A stretch of 64,000 nucleotides of DNA from Macrostomum lignano (GCA_002269645.1 NIVC01000524.1:62001-126000), one strand, 5' to 3'; positions 1-12,446 are shown, counted from the stretch's first letter. Notes: generated by a model from the letters alone, not told the origin. Numbers and translations are program-made.

Positions 1-309
1 CATGTCAATGTACTGCTGCAGCACTTTCTTGCTATCCTCGCGCCTCATCCGGTCCCGTTTTCCAGCCTCCTCGTTGGCGAGCACCTCGGCCCGCTCCATC
101 GGGTTGGTCTCAATCAGCAGGGCGTCCTTGTTAGTCAGCGACTTCTCGTTGTCGTCGTCGGTCTCCTCGGCTCGGAGTCGCTCCTCTCTGAACCTGTCCA
201 GCTCCTCCAGCTGCCGGTGCACTACCTTCATCCTGGTGCTCACCTCAACTTGGCAATCTTCGCCAGCAGCCGCTCCCGATTGGTCAGCATCTGTACCGGC
301 TGCCGCCAT
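1..309 (-). CDS. 5' part of an uncharacterised, charged/coiled-coil-like protein; runs off the window start
   Basis: Minus-strand frame MAAAGTDADQSG...MKVVHRQLEELDRFREERLRAEETDDDNEKSLTNKDALLIETNPMERAEVLANEEAGKRDRMRREDSKKVLQQYIDM is open to position 1. ATG at 309 is in strong context (GTCATGG), downstream of a polypyrimidine tract and CAG acceptor (~330-390). Codons from 231 down are GC3-rich. No family recognised. Confidence 0.55.
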   Translation of the reverse strand, partial: MAAAGTDADQSGAAAGEDCQVEVSTRMKVVHRQLEELDRFREERLRAEETDDDNEKSLTNKDALLIETNPMERAEVLANEEAGKRDRMRREDSKKVLQQYIDM

Positions 310-469
310 GACGATGGGGACCTTCTAGACCTGCTGCTGTTGTCGTTTGGGAGCGGCAGAGAGGAGAATGGGGAGAGAGAGAGAAAAAGCTGTTGGCCAG
401 GTGGCAGAGTTACAGATGAGGTGAGATTTGAAATGAGATACTTGGTAGCGTCTCTCTGTCCCCCTAGAC

Positions 470-1520
470 TAGAAGTCCTTGGTACGCAGTCCCTCTCTAG
501 TTAGTCTAAGAAGTCCTTGGTACGCAGTCCCTCTCTAGTTAGTCTAAGAAGTCCTGGGTACACAGTCCATCTCTAGTTAGTCTAAGAAGTCCTTGGTACA
601 CAGTCCCTCTCTAGTTAGTCTAAGAAGTCCTTGGTACACAGTCCCTCTCTAGTTAGTCTAAGAAGTCCTTGGTACACAGTCCCTCTCTAGTTAGTCTAAG
701 AAGTCCTTGGTACACAGTCCCTCTCTAGTTAGTCCAAGAAGTCCTTGGTACGCAGTCCCTCTCTAGTTAGTCTAAGAAGTCCTTGGTACGCAGTCCCTCT
801 CTAGTTAGTCTAAGAAGTCCTTGGTACACAGTCCCTCTCTAGTTAGTCTAAGAAGTCCTTGGTACGCAGTCCCTCTCTAGTTAGTCTAAGAAGTCCTTGG
901 TACACAGTCCCTCTCTAGTTAGTCTAAGAAGTCCTTGGTACACAGTCCCTCTCTAGTTAGTCTAAGAAGTCCTTGGTACACAATCCCTCTCTAGTTAGTC
1001 TAAGAAGTCCTTGGTACACAGTCCCTCTCTAGTTAGTCTAAGAAGTCCTTGGTACACAATCCATCTCTAGTTAGTCTAAGAAGTCCTTGGTACACAATCC
1101 ATCTCTAGTTAGTCTAAGAAGTCCTTGGTACACAGTCCCTCTCTAGTTAGTCTAAGAAGTCCTTGGTTCACAGTCCCTCTCTAGTTAGTCCAAGAAGTCC
1201 TTGGTACGCAGTCCCTCTCTAGTTAGTCTAAGAAGTCCTTGGTACGCAGTCCCTCTCTAGTTAGTCTAAGAAGTCCTTGGTACACAGTCCCTCTCTAGTT
1301 AGTCTAAGAAGTCCTTGGTACACAATCCATCTCTAGTTAGTCTAAGAAGTCCTTGGTACACAGTCCCTCTCTAGTTAGTCTAAGAAGTCCTTGGTACACA
1401 ATCCATCTCTAGTTAGTCTAAGAAGTCCTTGGTACACAATCCCTCTCTAGTTAGTCTAAGAAGTCCTTGGTACACAGTTCCTCTCTAGTTAGTCTAAGAA
1501 GTCCTTGGTACACAGTCTCT
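470..1520. repeat. 38-bp minisatellite (AAGAAGTCCTTGGTACACAGTCCCTCTCTAGTTAGTCT), about 27 copies
   Basis: Direct tandem units read from the sequence. Related, in reverse orientation, to the array at 37790-38646. Confidence 0.97.
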
Positions 1521-2382
1521 CTAGTGCCTCTCCTAAATTCAGCTGAAATACAAATAAAGTACATACTCGTACACTGTTGCGTGAGGCTCGAGCTTACCTG
1601 CTGGCTCAAGCCGGAATCAACCCGAGCAATTCGATGCTTGGCGTTGGCTCTGCTGGGCGGCAATTTTAAGCATGAATATGGATAAAGAGGTGGGGAGACA
1701 GGGGGGGGGGAGGTTGAGATCAAAGCAAATCACATCCCGAAGAGAGGAATGGGCAAGCGCTATGGAGCAGGTAGGTAGGAGGGACGGAATTCGCTAGAAA
1801 AGCTTCTCTTCGAAACAAGTGCCAACAGCCTGAGCTTTACCTGTGCTCACGGCAATAAGCGGGATGTTGCACAAGGCCGAGACTTAAAGCAGCCAGCTGC
1901 GGCCTGCGAGCACTGATTGCTGCTTCTTGTAAAGTTGGAAAGCGAAAGGAAAACACGTGGATGATGGAGGAGAGCAGCCAACAGCGCTCAGCTGACCAGC
2001 CTGTAGGAGGTTGATGAAGAGAAGAAGCTGGCTAGCTGGCTGGATTCCTGCATAGCCGTCACGCCCTGCCTTTTGCTCATCCAAACAATGCTAATGAAGC
2101 AGGAAGTGCATCGGCCCGTAGTGACTGCACAGATTTGATATGCAGATGCGCTAATCCGGTTGCGACTGAGCTAACATATAATGATGCCATACAAGTACAA
2201 ACCCCAGGGGCTGCTGGCCATAAAATATTTTGGGATGTTTGTGTGCGAGAATATGGGCGTTCCGAGTACTAGAGACACGTGAACAGCTACTCCATCCTAA
2301 TGCCGAGACTGGAGAGATCCAGTGCGATCGGCTTGGATTTATCTGACTGTCGGATTTTTTCGGACAGATTGGCCTGACAGAT

Positions 2383-3163
2383 TGGCCTGACAGATTGGCT
2401 GCCTGACAGATTGGCTGCCTGACAGATTGGCTGCCTGACAGATTGGCTGCCTGACAGATTGGCTGCCTGACAGATTGGCTGCCTGACAGATTGGCTGCCT
2501 GACAGATTGGCTGCCTGACAGATTGGCTTGACAGATTGGCTGCCTGACAGATTGGCCTGACAGATTGGCTGCCTGACAGATTGGCTGCCTGACAGATTGG
2601 CCTGACAGATTGGCTTGACAGATTGGCTGCCTGACAGATTGGCCTGACAGATTGGCTGCCTGACAGATTGGCTGCCTGACAGATTGGCTGCCTGACAGAT
2701 TGGCTGCCTGACAGATTGGCTTGACAGATTGGCTGCCTGACAGATTGGCTGCCTGACAGATTGGCCTGACAGATTGGCTGCCTGACAGATTGGCCTAACA
2801 GATTGGCCTGACAGATTGGCTGCCTGACAGATTGGCTGCCTGACAGATTGGCTGCCTGACAGATTGGCTGCCTGACAGATTGGCTGCCTGACAGATTGGC
2901 TGCCTGACAGATTGGCTGCCTGACAGATTGGCTTGACAGATTGGCTGCCTGACAGATTGGCTGCCTGACAGATTGGCCTGACAGATTGGCTGCCTGACAG
3001 ATTGGCCTAACAGATTGGTCTGACAGATTGGCCTGACAGATTGGCCTGACAGATTGGCCTGACAGATTGGCCTGACAGATTGGCTGCCTGACAGATTGGC
3101 TGCCTGACAGATTGGCCTGACAGATTGGCCTGACAGATTGGCTGCCTGACAGATTGGCCTGAC
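2383..3163. repeat. 13/16-bp minisatellite (CCTGACAGATTGG[CTG])
   Basis: Tandem units. The 351-aa ORF across it is a repeat translation. Confidence 0.97.
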
Positions 3164-3635
3164 ATGCAGATTTATAGGCGTAAAGTTGAGTGAGTTCTGT
3201 CAGCATTGAGTGGGAAAGGTACGTTAAAGATCAGACCAATTATCGTTGGAACCTGGCTGCCAGCTTAAGTCGCACTGCGGGAGAACTGCTCTGATGCACA
3301 AAAGCCAGCCGCTTCCATAAAGTCATTAGCGACAAACAAGATAAGGTAAGCAAACAGTATAAAGAGCTGCTCTCCGGCCTTCATCGCTGATCGCAAATAT
3401 TGTGACAGGTCAGAAAAAATATTCGATTCGCGTAATCGGCAGGTGATAGATAATGGGCATTCCAGAATGGCTTAACTTTATAAGCGAGTGTATTTTGTTA
3501 CAACGAAGTGACAAAAATAAACGGACATACTAGCCACGGTCAGACAAATCTAAGGTAATAAAAAACTAAGATCGCTTTTCGAAAAATTTCCTACAACAAA
3601 TTCTGCTCTTAAACAGCTTTGTCCACCTACCTATC

Positions 3636-3824
3636 CTAGACCCTCCGTGTCCTCCCATCCCTGACCTAGACCCTCTGTGTCCACTCTCTGACCTAGACCC
3701 TCTGTGTCTACCCTCTCTGACCCTAGACCCTCTGTGTCTACCCTCTCTGACCCTAGACCCTCTGTGTCTACCCTCTCTGACCTAGACCCTCTGTGTCTAT
3801 CCTCTCTGACCCTAGACCCTCTGT

Positions 3825-3878
<54 letters not shown>
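3636..3878. repeat. ~30-bp tandem repeat followed by a (CT)n microsatellite
   Basis: About 6 units of TCTGACCTAGACCCTCTGTGTCTACCCTC, then pure (CT)n at 3827-3878. Confidence 0.9.
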
Positions 3879-3881
<3 letters not shown>

Positions 3882-4003
3882 TTCTCTCCCTCATCTCCAT
3901 ACAGAATAGTTATACAAGCGTACTTGTCTCACTTAAATTGTACCTATGAAAACAGTTAATCGTTCAGTAGAATCTTGAGATCAAAAGTTTTCTTAGAGAT
4001 GAG

Positions 4004-4795
4004 TTAAGGTTGTCCAGCCAGAAGATGGTGATTATAGCTGACAGCTCGAGATCTTTTCGACACGCAAGTCTGCAACTGGCTAAAAAAGTTCGGCGTGTGC
4101 TCCAGCAGGCTCCAGGACAGCGTTGGAAACAGCTTCATTCCCGACGGCAAGTGTCTGACCGTGGCCGCGTCAACTGTGATGCAAAATGTGGGATAATTGC
4201 GATACTTCTGCTGTATAAGCAGACGCCAATAGTCCGAACACTCTGCCAGGTACTGCTGAGACACCAGCAGGACGCTAATGAAGCATCTATCAACCACGTC
4301 AGACACGGGGAAGTCAGTTGAGGACACCATCTGGCTGTCTAGCAGGATCCACCGAGGCTCCAACTGTTTGAGCTTCTTAATCAAGCATTTCGCTTTGCCA
4401 GCGTCGCTCTGATGATAGCCAACGTAAACGTGGTAATACTCGACAAACAGGCGCGAGTCCAGTCTCTGCATGATGTCAGTTCTCTGTAGAAGTCGCAGGC
4501 ATTCGAATAAATTTCTCAGCGTTGCCTGCTGCGGACTCGATTGCAGCCACTTGCGCAGCACCCAGTTCAAGTTGCTATTGCTTTCAGTGAGCTCGGCTTT
4601 CTCTTCCATATAGCGCACGTTGAGCAGCTCGAATAGGCCTAACAGATCGCTTGTGTACTCGCGACCGTCCCAGGTTGGAGTGGCCACAGACTGAGCGTTC
4701 AGGTGATCGGCTACCAGGGCCAGGTTTGCTCGGCTCAGACACCAGACTGGCAGCTTGGCGTGGCGCTCCATCACTTGCTGCAGTTTCAGCTCCAT
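4004..4795 (-). CDS. MYD88: Death domain + TIR domain adaptor, MyD88-like, single coding exon, 263 aa
   Basis: The N-terminal half (LPVWCLSRANLALVADHLN...DLLGLFELL...VLRKWLQSSPQQATLRNLFECLRLLQRTDIM) follows the MyD88/Tube/Pelle death-domain pattern. The C-terminal half has TIR box 1 (YHVYVGYHQSD) and the betaC/alphaC segment (CFISVLLVSQQYLAECSDY, compare MyD88 SDDYLQSKECDFQ). The symbol rests on architecture; orthology is untested. Confidence 0.75.
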   Translation of the reverse strand: MELKLQQVMERHAKLPVWCLSRANLALVADHLNAQSVATPTWDGREYTSDLLGLFELLNVRYMEEKAELTESNSNLNWVLRKWLQSSPQQATLRNLFECLRLLQRTDIMQRLDSRLFVEYYHVYVGYHQSDAGKAKCLIKKLKQLEPRWILLDSQMVSSTDFPVSDVVDRCFISVLLVSQQYLAECSDYWRLLIQQKYRNYPTFCITVDAATVRHLPSGMKLFPTLSWSLLEHTPNFFSQLQTCVSKRSRAVSYNHHLLAGQP

Positions 4796-6100
4796 TTACG
4801 CCTAATAGTTGGTAAATAGTTAGTGGAACCTGTGCAAGGCTTGGCTGCCTTAGCCGTGTGTGCGAGAGTGTGGAAACTCTGCCTATTTCTATGCCCACAC
4901 AGCTGTGCGTACAGTGAATGCCACAATCTCTCCTAGCCATCTCTGTCTCTTTCTCTAGCCTCCAGTCTGCCTCTCGCGCAGGCAGGCGTTCTATCTTTTG
5001 AAGGCATGAAGACAGTGACCGGCAATTTATTAATCTGCGAGGCCAGTCCTTTAAATTTCTTTTATAAAAGCATAGAAATGAGAAAGAAGAAAGAAGTTTG
5101 AGTACATTGTACAAAAATAACGTCTCAATCTGGATGCAGCAATACATGTACAGGGGCAGGACAGCTACACCGAAACCTCTAGCAAAATTTTCGCGATTCG
5201 GGATTGTGTAGCATCCTGTCTCAAGTTGTCCATGTAGCGATAGAAGTTCCTCTTCGGCTTAGCACAGGGGTGCCTCCTAGCCATCTCGATAACTGTTTGG
5301 GATCTGCTACCGACCACACCCAGTTTTTTAGTAATCTATGCCTTTTGCGGTTCATTCGATACGATGCAGTATACTTTGAATTGTATATTGCTACGTAGCT
5401 AGCTATTTAGACGTAGCTAAAATGTATTGCGCAATATTTGCAAAGTTTACTACAAGTAGAGAGTCAAGATTATTAGTCCAAACTATTCGCAATAGTATTA
5501 ACAATAAAATGATTATTTCTGTATTTGGATGTTTGATTTTATATTACTCGATATTGAACCTGGTAAGCTATACCTGAAAAAAATGGAGTTTCGCTGTGTA
5601 CTTTATTTAATTTTCAGACTGGTTTACTCTCGAAGTTTACTCTCGTTACTCTTGTATTGGTTGCAGCAACCACCAGATAAAACTTGTTTTCTTACTCAAC
5701 AAGATTCTGTGAGACGTTCTTTCACCTGTTTGCTGTAAGTTAAAGCGCCAATTTTATTAGTGGATAAATTTATTAGTGGCGTAATATTAGTGGAAGGTGT
5801 TGCCATGGCCTGCTGTATAATGAGCCTAAAACGAGAGCAGCAACAGTCTGTTTAAACAAAAAACATTAGCTACACTTTACGTCGCCTCGTCTAAGAAGTG
5901 TCAATGGCACTCAATGATGGTAACTATAGTCCTGTTTTAAAGACCTGTGCAGCGGACCATCGTTTCACTCAGTCATTCTGTCCGATTCCCTTCCCTGTCA
6001 ACTTACGTTAGCCAAAAAGGGGGGGTGAATAGCCGTGCATTGTTGCACGATGGAGGAGAAGGCTTAATTTATTGCCAATGCTTCTCAAAACGTTTCTTTA

Positions 6101-6151
<51 letters not shown>

Positions 6152-6576
6152 TCTCCCTCTCTCTCGTTCCTCCGGGCTCGCCCTCTTGCTCTGTCGCTCT
6201 GTAACGTGCATTATTGTGTGCTCCGCTGCACCCGCTCGGGGCGCAGGTGAGCCAGTGAGTGCTTGGAACTCTGAAAAGAAAGACTGCATTGGTCCTGCAG
6301 CTTGGCTTGGATCGGGGGAGGGGGGGTGGCTGCGAAGTGTACAACTGGGTGCATTCACTCTATACGCAAGACCTTTCTGGTGTTGCCAGGCTACTTCGAG
6401 ACAAGCCGGCGCGAGAGTGTAGAAAAAAGAGAGAAAAATAACGAATAGAAAAAGCGGTCCAAGCGCTGTTAGATTTAGTTATTGGTATACAAAAATTACA
6501 AGTTTACCTGGCTGGCAACAACAGTCAAAGCAGTCGAGCTCCGCATTCCTACACTTAGTGAAGAATCTTATCAGCC

Positions 6577-9500
6577 ATGAGCAAGCGACGGCCCGGCGGC
6601 CGGGCTAGGAAGGAGGTCCGCATCCAGGAGGAGGAGGAGGACACCAGTCGGCTGTACCGGACGCCACTATCGGCGGAGGCGGCTAAGTACTGTAGCCGGC
6701 CAGTGGCCGAGTCGCCGTGGGGCCTGGACGGCCTGGCTGAGATTCAAATCAGCGGAGACAGGCACTATCGACCCGAGCGGCTGCCCTCCGGGCGCAAGGA
6801 GCGACCAAAGAGCGCCCGTCTGCACACGATGTATTATCAAAACTTGGACTACGTGCACGGCATCGCCGACACGCTGCGCACCCTGGAGCTGAGCAACACG
6901 GGGCTGTTCGCCTTCCCGCAGGAACTAGTCGAACGCCTGTTGAATATCGAGACGCTTATTTTAGACGACAACAATTTGACGACCGAAGGCTTCCCAACAT
7001 GCTTCAAGGACCTGGTGTCGCTCACTAGTCTGAGCGTGCGCAACAATGGCCTGACTGGAATTCCATCCAGCTGGTCCTATCTGTTCCAGCTGACAAGCCT
7101 GTTTGCCGACAACAATCAGATATCCAGTCTGAAGCACCTCGAACGACTCACTAAACTGCAGGTGCTCAGCTTGCAAGGCAACTGCATTGAAGAGATTCCG
7201 CGCGAGTTTTACGCACTGAAGAAACTGGAATGCCTGAACCTGAGTCACAATAGCATCGCTTCCGTCACTGTGGATGTAAAAAGGCTTATCAACCTCAGGG
7301 AGCTCGACTTGTCCCACAATTGTCTAGCATTCCTCATCCCGGATCTCTTTCTGCTGCCAAAGTTGGATGGCCTCCAAGTTAGCAACAACGAGGTGGTAAA
7401 GATTCCTACGGTTGCACTGAAGACGAAGAATAAGCGAACGATCGATTCAGTTGATCTATCATTCAACAAGCTTACCAGGTTCCCAGAAAACGTCTTCTTG
7501 ATTGCGGAAAAGCTTGACTTGACGTCAAACTCTATCAGAGTGATCAATAATTCCGCATTCAAAAAACTGGACTGGCGCACAACCAAGCAGCTTTGTATGC
7601 ACGACAACCCGCTGAACAATCCGCCAAGGGACGTTGCAGAGGGCGGCCTGAAAGCAATGCTGCACTATTATTTCGAGACAAAGGTTGACAGCAAGATCTA
7701 TCAAGGCATCAAGGTGTTTCTGCTCGGATCTGGCGGCTGCGGCAAGTCCAGTCTTGTCCAGACCTTTCTTGACCAGCAGTCGCGGCTGTGCACCGAGGAT
7801 GAGGAGACAATTTGCCTCGACATCTACGACTATCAAATCGACACGTCGGACGACTTGGCAGATCCGCGGCCTCTAAGCCTGTCTATCTGGGACTGCTCAG
7901 GAAATCCAGACTACATGCCGTACATCTTTCCATTCTTACACTTTCCCTCGCTGGCTCTCATTCTGTTCGATCTGACTGAGTACACCACCGAGAACTTCTC
8001 AGAGCTGATTGGCCAGTGGATCGATACGCTAATTTTGCGCAACAATCGTGCCGTGTTCATTCTGATTGGAACCAAGGCGGACCTGTGCAAGGAGCCCGAG
8101 AAGGTGCTGGAGCTGGCCCAGAAAGACACCGAAGAGTACATTAAGAATTATCTCGATAGCATCGACCATGAGATTGGCTGCATAGAGCGACTCGATCAGA
8201 TCTCAGCTGCTTTTAATGAGCAGTACAAACAGTATCTCAGCCTGAAGAACTTCAAACCACTGTTTCACCCGGAAGCTCTCATCACTAGCAGTGCTCAAAT
8301 GCTAGGTTTCAATCGGCTTGAGTCCGTACTAGTAGAGCTTGCTACCCAGACAAAAACATTCCCATCCGTGATGCGGGTCATCCCAGCTCTCTGGGGTGAC
8401 GCCGAAAATTTCTTTGACGATTTAGGCCAGAATCAGAACATCATCAGCTTCAACGAGCTGGCGAACATCGTTCACAAACAGTTCGGCCTGAGACACCTCA
8501 CGGGCCAGATTTGTCAGTACTTGCACGATAGCGGTCGAGCAATCTTCAACGAACGGGAGCCTTCGTTTAAGGAGACCGTTGTCCTGCGACCAAGCGTGCT
8601 GTTCGAACACACCTGTACGCTGTTCCGACACAACCTCTACGACTTTCTAATGGATCCTAGTGATAAAGAGGAGGTTAGGGAAAGATTCGTTAGGGATTAT
8701 TCAGCAGCCGAATTCACAAAGGCGGTAGAGCTCTGCACAGTACACGGTATTCTGCTACACAACCTTCTCAAGATGTTTTTTGGCACTGGAAAGCGACGCT
8801 TTACCTTAATAAACTACCTGTGCGACTGCCTTCAGTGGTGCTACCGCATTGGTGGGCCAGTGGAGAACCCTGACAGCGAGCTGCCGCATCAGCGCGAGCT
8901 TAACTTTGACCTTGAACGAGACGAAGACGGCAAAGTGAAGACGGACACATCCAAGGTTAGCCTTCTCGTGCCGAACCTGGTCCGGTCTCCCGAGCCTACG
9001 GTGGCGCAGACGCATTGGCAGAATGCGGCATTGCGCGTTAGTGCCGGTTTTCGCTTCAGCCGTTTCACTCCGTCGATGTTCTTCGAGCGACTGCTAGTCT
9101 GCCTGCACACGGAGCGGCTGAGGTACCAATACCACTGGCAGAACGGCGTCCTGGCATTCGACGCCGAGGACGACAACGTGTGGATTCGAGTGACAAAGGA
9201 AGACCCTGAGGACAAATCTTATCTAGTTGTGCTCTCCTGCGGCGTCGTCACTGAGGAGAGATTCAACTTCGTCCGTGAAGAGCAAACTCCTACAGAGGAG
9301 CCCGTTGAGGATAGCGAAGAGGTCGTTGCGTTAAAAACTCAGCTGGCTCGAGTCTGGAAGTGCCTCTTACCGTCACTACTAGAAGCAGAAAAAGTGCTTA
9401 AACAGTATCCAGGTAAGTCACAGTTGTGCAAGGATGGCTTAGCTAAGTTGGACAGAAAACTTAAAACTTCGTTTCTAAGAAAATCTTCAAAAAGATCGGC

Positions 9501-10210
9501 TTTTTGTAGGAAACTGCAAAATACACTATTGTGTTATGAAATTTTCATTTTTACTAAAGAATTTTAGACAAAACTCCTTAAATTACTCAGCATGCTTTTA
9601 ATTTGGTTCCTTTATTACGCGCTGCTAATTTACATAATTGTCACTTATTTACAAACTAAGTTATATATGTCAATCAAATGAATCACTTAGTTTCACGAGT
9701 ACAAAGAAAGCTTTGCAGTATTTTTGTATCTATGAAGTAACAAAAAAGGTCGGTCAGGTTACTTATGACGTCCTTGCCTGCGCGTCCTGAGCAGGTCATG
9801 TACAAAATTAGAAAGACTGCCCATAAAATTGCTAAAATATTCTACCTGGTAACTATCGCGTCCTCACTGCAGCGGCATGGTTTCGGCGTGAGGTGAAGTG
9901 TCCCGAATGCGGCGAGATGACTTTCTGGGGCGAGTGGCTTTCGCCGAAGGAAGCACAGGACTCGGAGGCCAAGCCCTGTCGAGCCTGTCACGCGGACATT
10001 CTGTCATGTCTGTTGGTCCAGCCGAGGGTCAGCAAGAGAAGCACCAGGCCAACAATACGGAGCGACGTCGCTGTTAAACTGCAGGATTCTCCGGTGCCCG
10101 GCGCTGCGGCCGCCAATCCGGCTGACGGCGAGGTGAACGAAGCGCTGAACTTCGATGCCAGTCAGAAGCGAGTCGCAACGGAGGGTCGAAAGAGCGTCAG
10201 TTTTATGTGA
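6577..10210 (+). CDS. MFHAS1: ROCO protein (LRR-ROC-COR, no kinase), MFHAS1/MASL1-like; exons 6577-9412 and 9873-10210, ~1057 aa
   Basis: More than 10 LRRs (LxxLxLxxN), P-loop GSGGCGKSS, G3 WDCSG, G4 GTKADL and a COR region. A phase-1 intron (CCAG|GTAAGT at 9413, CTGCAG|CG at 9872) joins in frame to a Cys-rich tail (YPAAWFRREVKCPECGEMTFWGEWLSPK...CRAC...LLVQP) resembling the MFHAS1 C-terminus. Confidence 0.88.
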
Positions 10211-11369
10211 CTCTCGATTCTGAGCAGTTCGTGTACATGTCTACATCTTGTTTTGAGCTCACTCTCAGCCACAGCAAGTGTGGTATTTTATTTTTCTCTA
10301 AATCTAAATTGCCTACATTGACTCAATAATATTGAAGCTACATACGAGCTATAGCAGGCAATCTGTCAACTAGATCGGTGCGGACTCTTTGTTAGATGTT
10401 CGCTACAGATTAAATAGCTACAGATAAATTATGACAAAAATCTATAGCTGTGTATTTAAAATTTGTACACTCTTAATGTGCGTCAGATAGAATAGAGTAT
10501 TTTCGCTTTAGAATGGCAAATGATGTATATGTATAGTGTATTCCAATTTTTCTATTTTGCTGTCATTTTTCTATAGATTGACTTGTAAGAATATAATTGA
10601 TATGAATGGAAGTTTTGTGACGTCATGCCACGTGTTTCCAATGTGTATAGGCAGGGGGCAACGTGTCACCGTTCCGAGATGTGAACTGGACAATGTGGAT
10701 ATTGTCTGGTGTTGCCTTCACGTCGACGTCATTGGGGAGAATAGCTAGTCAGTGTGACATAGTCGTTATGATTTTTTAGTTAGACGTACATTACAGATAT
10801 ATGCAGATATAGCGGTAGCGATGGCGATCCAGGGACGATAGATTTATGCAGTATACTAGTATAAATAGGATGTACTGTGTACATCTACGGCTCGTACGTA
10901 TTTACGGGTGATCATCCGTTTGCATGTGAGTGCTGCACTGCATCCTACGATAGATTTATCCACCAGCCATGCTACAGAAAGTAGGATGTACGAATCACTT
11001 CGCGGTACATGCACTGTACATACTAGACACGCGGATGATAAGCAGAAGTATGATCTGTGAATACGCGGTTCTGTCAATTTTCTTTTCTACTCTGTATACA
11101 TGTATATTGAAATTGAATAGTAAAATTAATTTAAATCTTGCAGGGTGGAACAGCTATTGTTAATGATACGTACGATGAAGAAACATACGAATTATATTAC
11201 ATTATACGGGCGTAAATACAGAAGTCCTTTTAGGCATTAATTTTTTCGAAACAATACTCACTCGCGGATCCGATCTTGTCTAGCATGTTGATCGTAAAGA
11301 TCCGCTTGAGAACATATGAGATTTTCTGGTTTTACAACTGCAAAAATAACAAGGCACACCGCCGGGGAA

Positions 11370-12395
11370 TAGAGTACAGTTCACAAAGGGCGGCGTGCGC
11401 CTGGCCGATCATCCCAGAGTCATCCAGCAGGCAATCCACGTAGCAGCGCTTCCGGCCGTAGCCTCGGCGCCAGGGGCCCTGCATCGTGAGCAGCAGGACT
11501 TCCTGCGCCGGTTGAGGGCAGGAGTAGGCAGCTCCGCACGGATGGTGTGGCCCGCCAGTTGAAGTCTTCTCCTGGGGAGGGTTTCGCTAGGTGGTCGCAG
11601 CCCTGCGCTCTGGTAGAGGGCTGCGTTGGAGATTGCGTCCGGGTAGCTGATGCTGAAGGCCGGCTCGCAGCAGGGCCGAATGTGCTGCGTCCAGCAACGT
11701 CTCCAGAGTCTCGGTCAGCGTCCACATCTCGACGTTGTAGGTCTCGGCCCTCAAAAGGTGTAGCAAGCTGGAAAACTCGGATAGAGCGGGAGGCCACCGA
11801 GTCCAGGCTCCTGCGTCGCGTCAAGTCCTCCTGGACACTGGGCATGAGACCGCCAAGGTACGTGAAGCTCGTGCAGCGAGTTAGAGTTGCTGCACGCCTG
11901 TCAACGCCCCGGCAGGTGATGTTGAGGCAGCTCCGCAGGTACAGTAATCACCTCCGTTTTCTCGATGTCATCGCTTTTCGCTTTTCATCTCGCTAGCCCG
12001 ACCGATGCCGCAGCTGCCATTAGGCTGTCTAGCATGCGCTGGGCTCCATCAGCCGTAGAGGCGAGCAGCATAACCCATGAGCGACAGCCGTGTCTCCGGG
12101 TGGCGGCTGCATGCTTGTTCGTCGTCACAGCAGCAGGAAGCCGTCCTCATCTGCTGGCAGGGCTCTTTGCAGCCCCAAATCGAAGCACCAACAGGAAAAG
12201 GTAGGGTGCAAGCGTGTCATCTTGCAGCACCCCATAGATCGTGTTGAACAAGTCACACAGTCCGTCAGGTATCACCACGACGGCCGATCGAGTCTCCTGA
12301 TAGAGAGCTATTGGTCGCTTTGGCACGTGATACGACCGCAAGACCGGTGCGAGGATATCGGAGTCGAATAAGGCCTTCCTGCTGAAATCCACGAA
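11370..12395 (-). pseudogene. Decayed non-LTR retrotransposon reverse-transcriptase fragment (RTE-like)
   Basis: Degenerate RT motifs DFSRKALFDS (DFSKAFDS), GVLQDDTLAPYLFLLVL (GVLQGDTLAPYLF) and GYAA in place of YADD, then FTYLGG and a LLY-AET-TLT-like segment. Multiple frameshifts. Confidence 0.85.
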
Positions 12396-12446
12396 AATGC
12401 AGACAAAGGAGATGGCTTGGTGAGTGCGCGCTTTTTCTATATAATC

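Noticed and set aside
2151-3206. Long ORFs over tandem repeats (also 33104-33787, 34075-35457, 36094-36936, 39252-39926, 42719-43182, 58141-58903, 61470-61964)
   Set aside because: These are translations of minisatellites that happen to lack a stop in one frame. Several lie in introns of well-supported genes.
5555-6580. Overlapping 5'UTR exons of the MyD88-like and ROCO genes (plus-strand donor at ~5562, minus-strand donor at ~6505)
   Set aside because: Isolated consensus donors occur often by chance. The acceptors just before both ATGs could equally be trans-splice sites, and this cannot be decided without transcripts.
9413-9567. Last ~50 codons of the 996-aa ROCO ORF
   Set aside because: AT-rich read-through into the intron after a consensus GTAAGT donor. 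The true C-terminus is the exon at 9873-10210.
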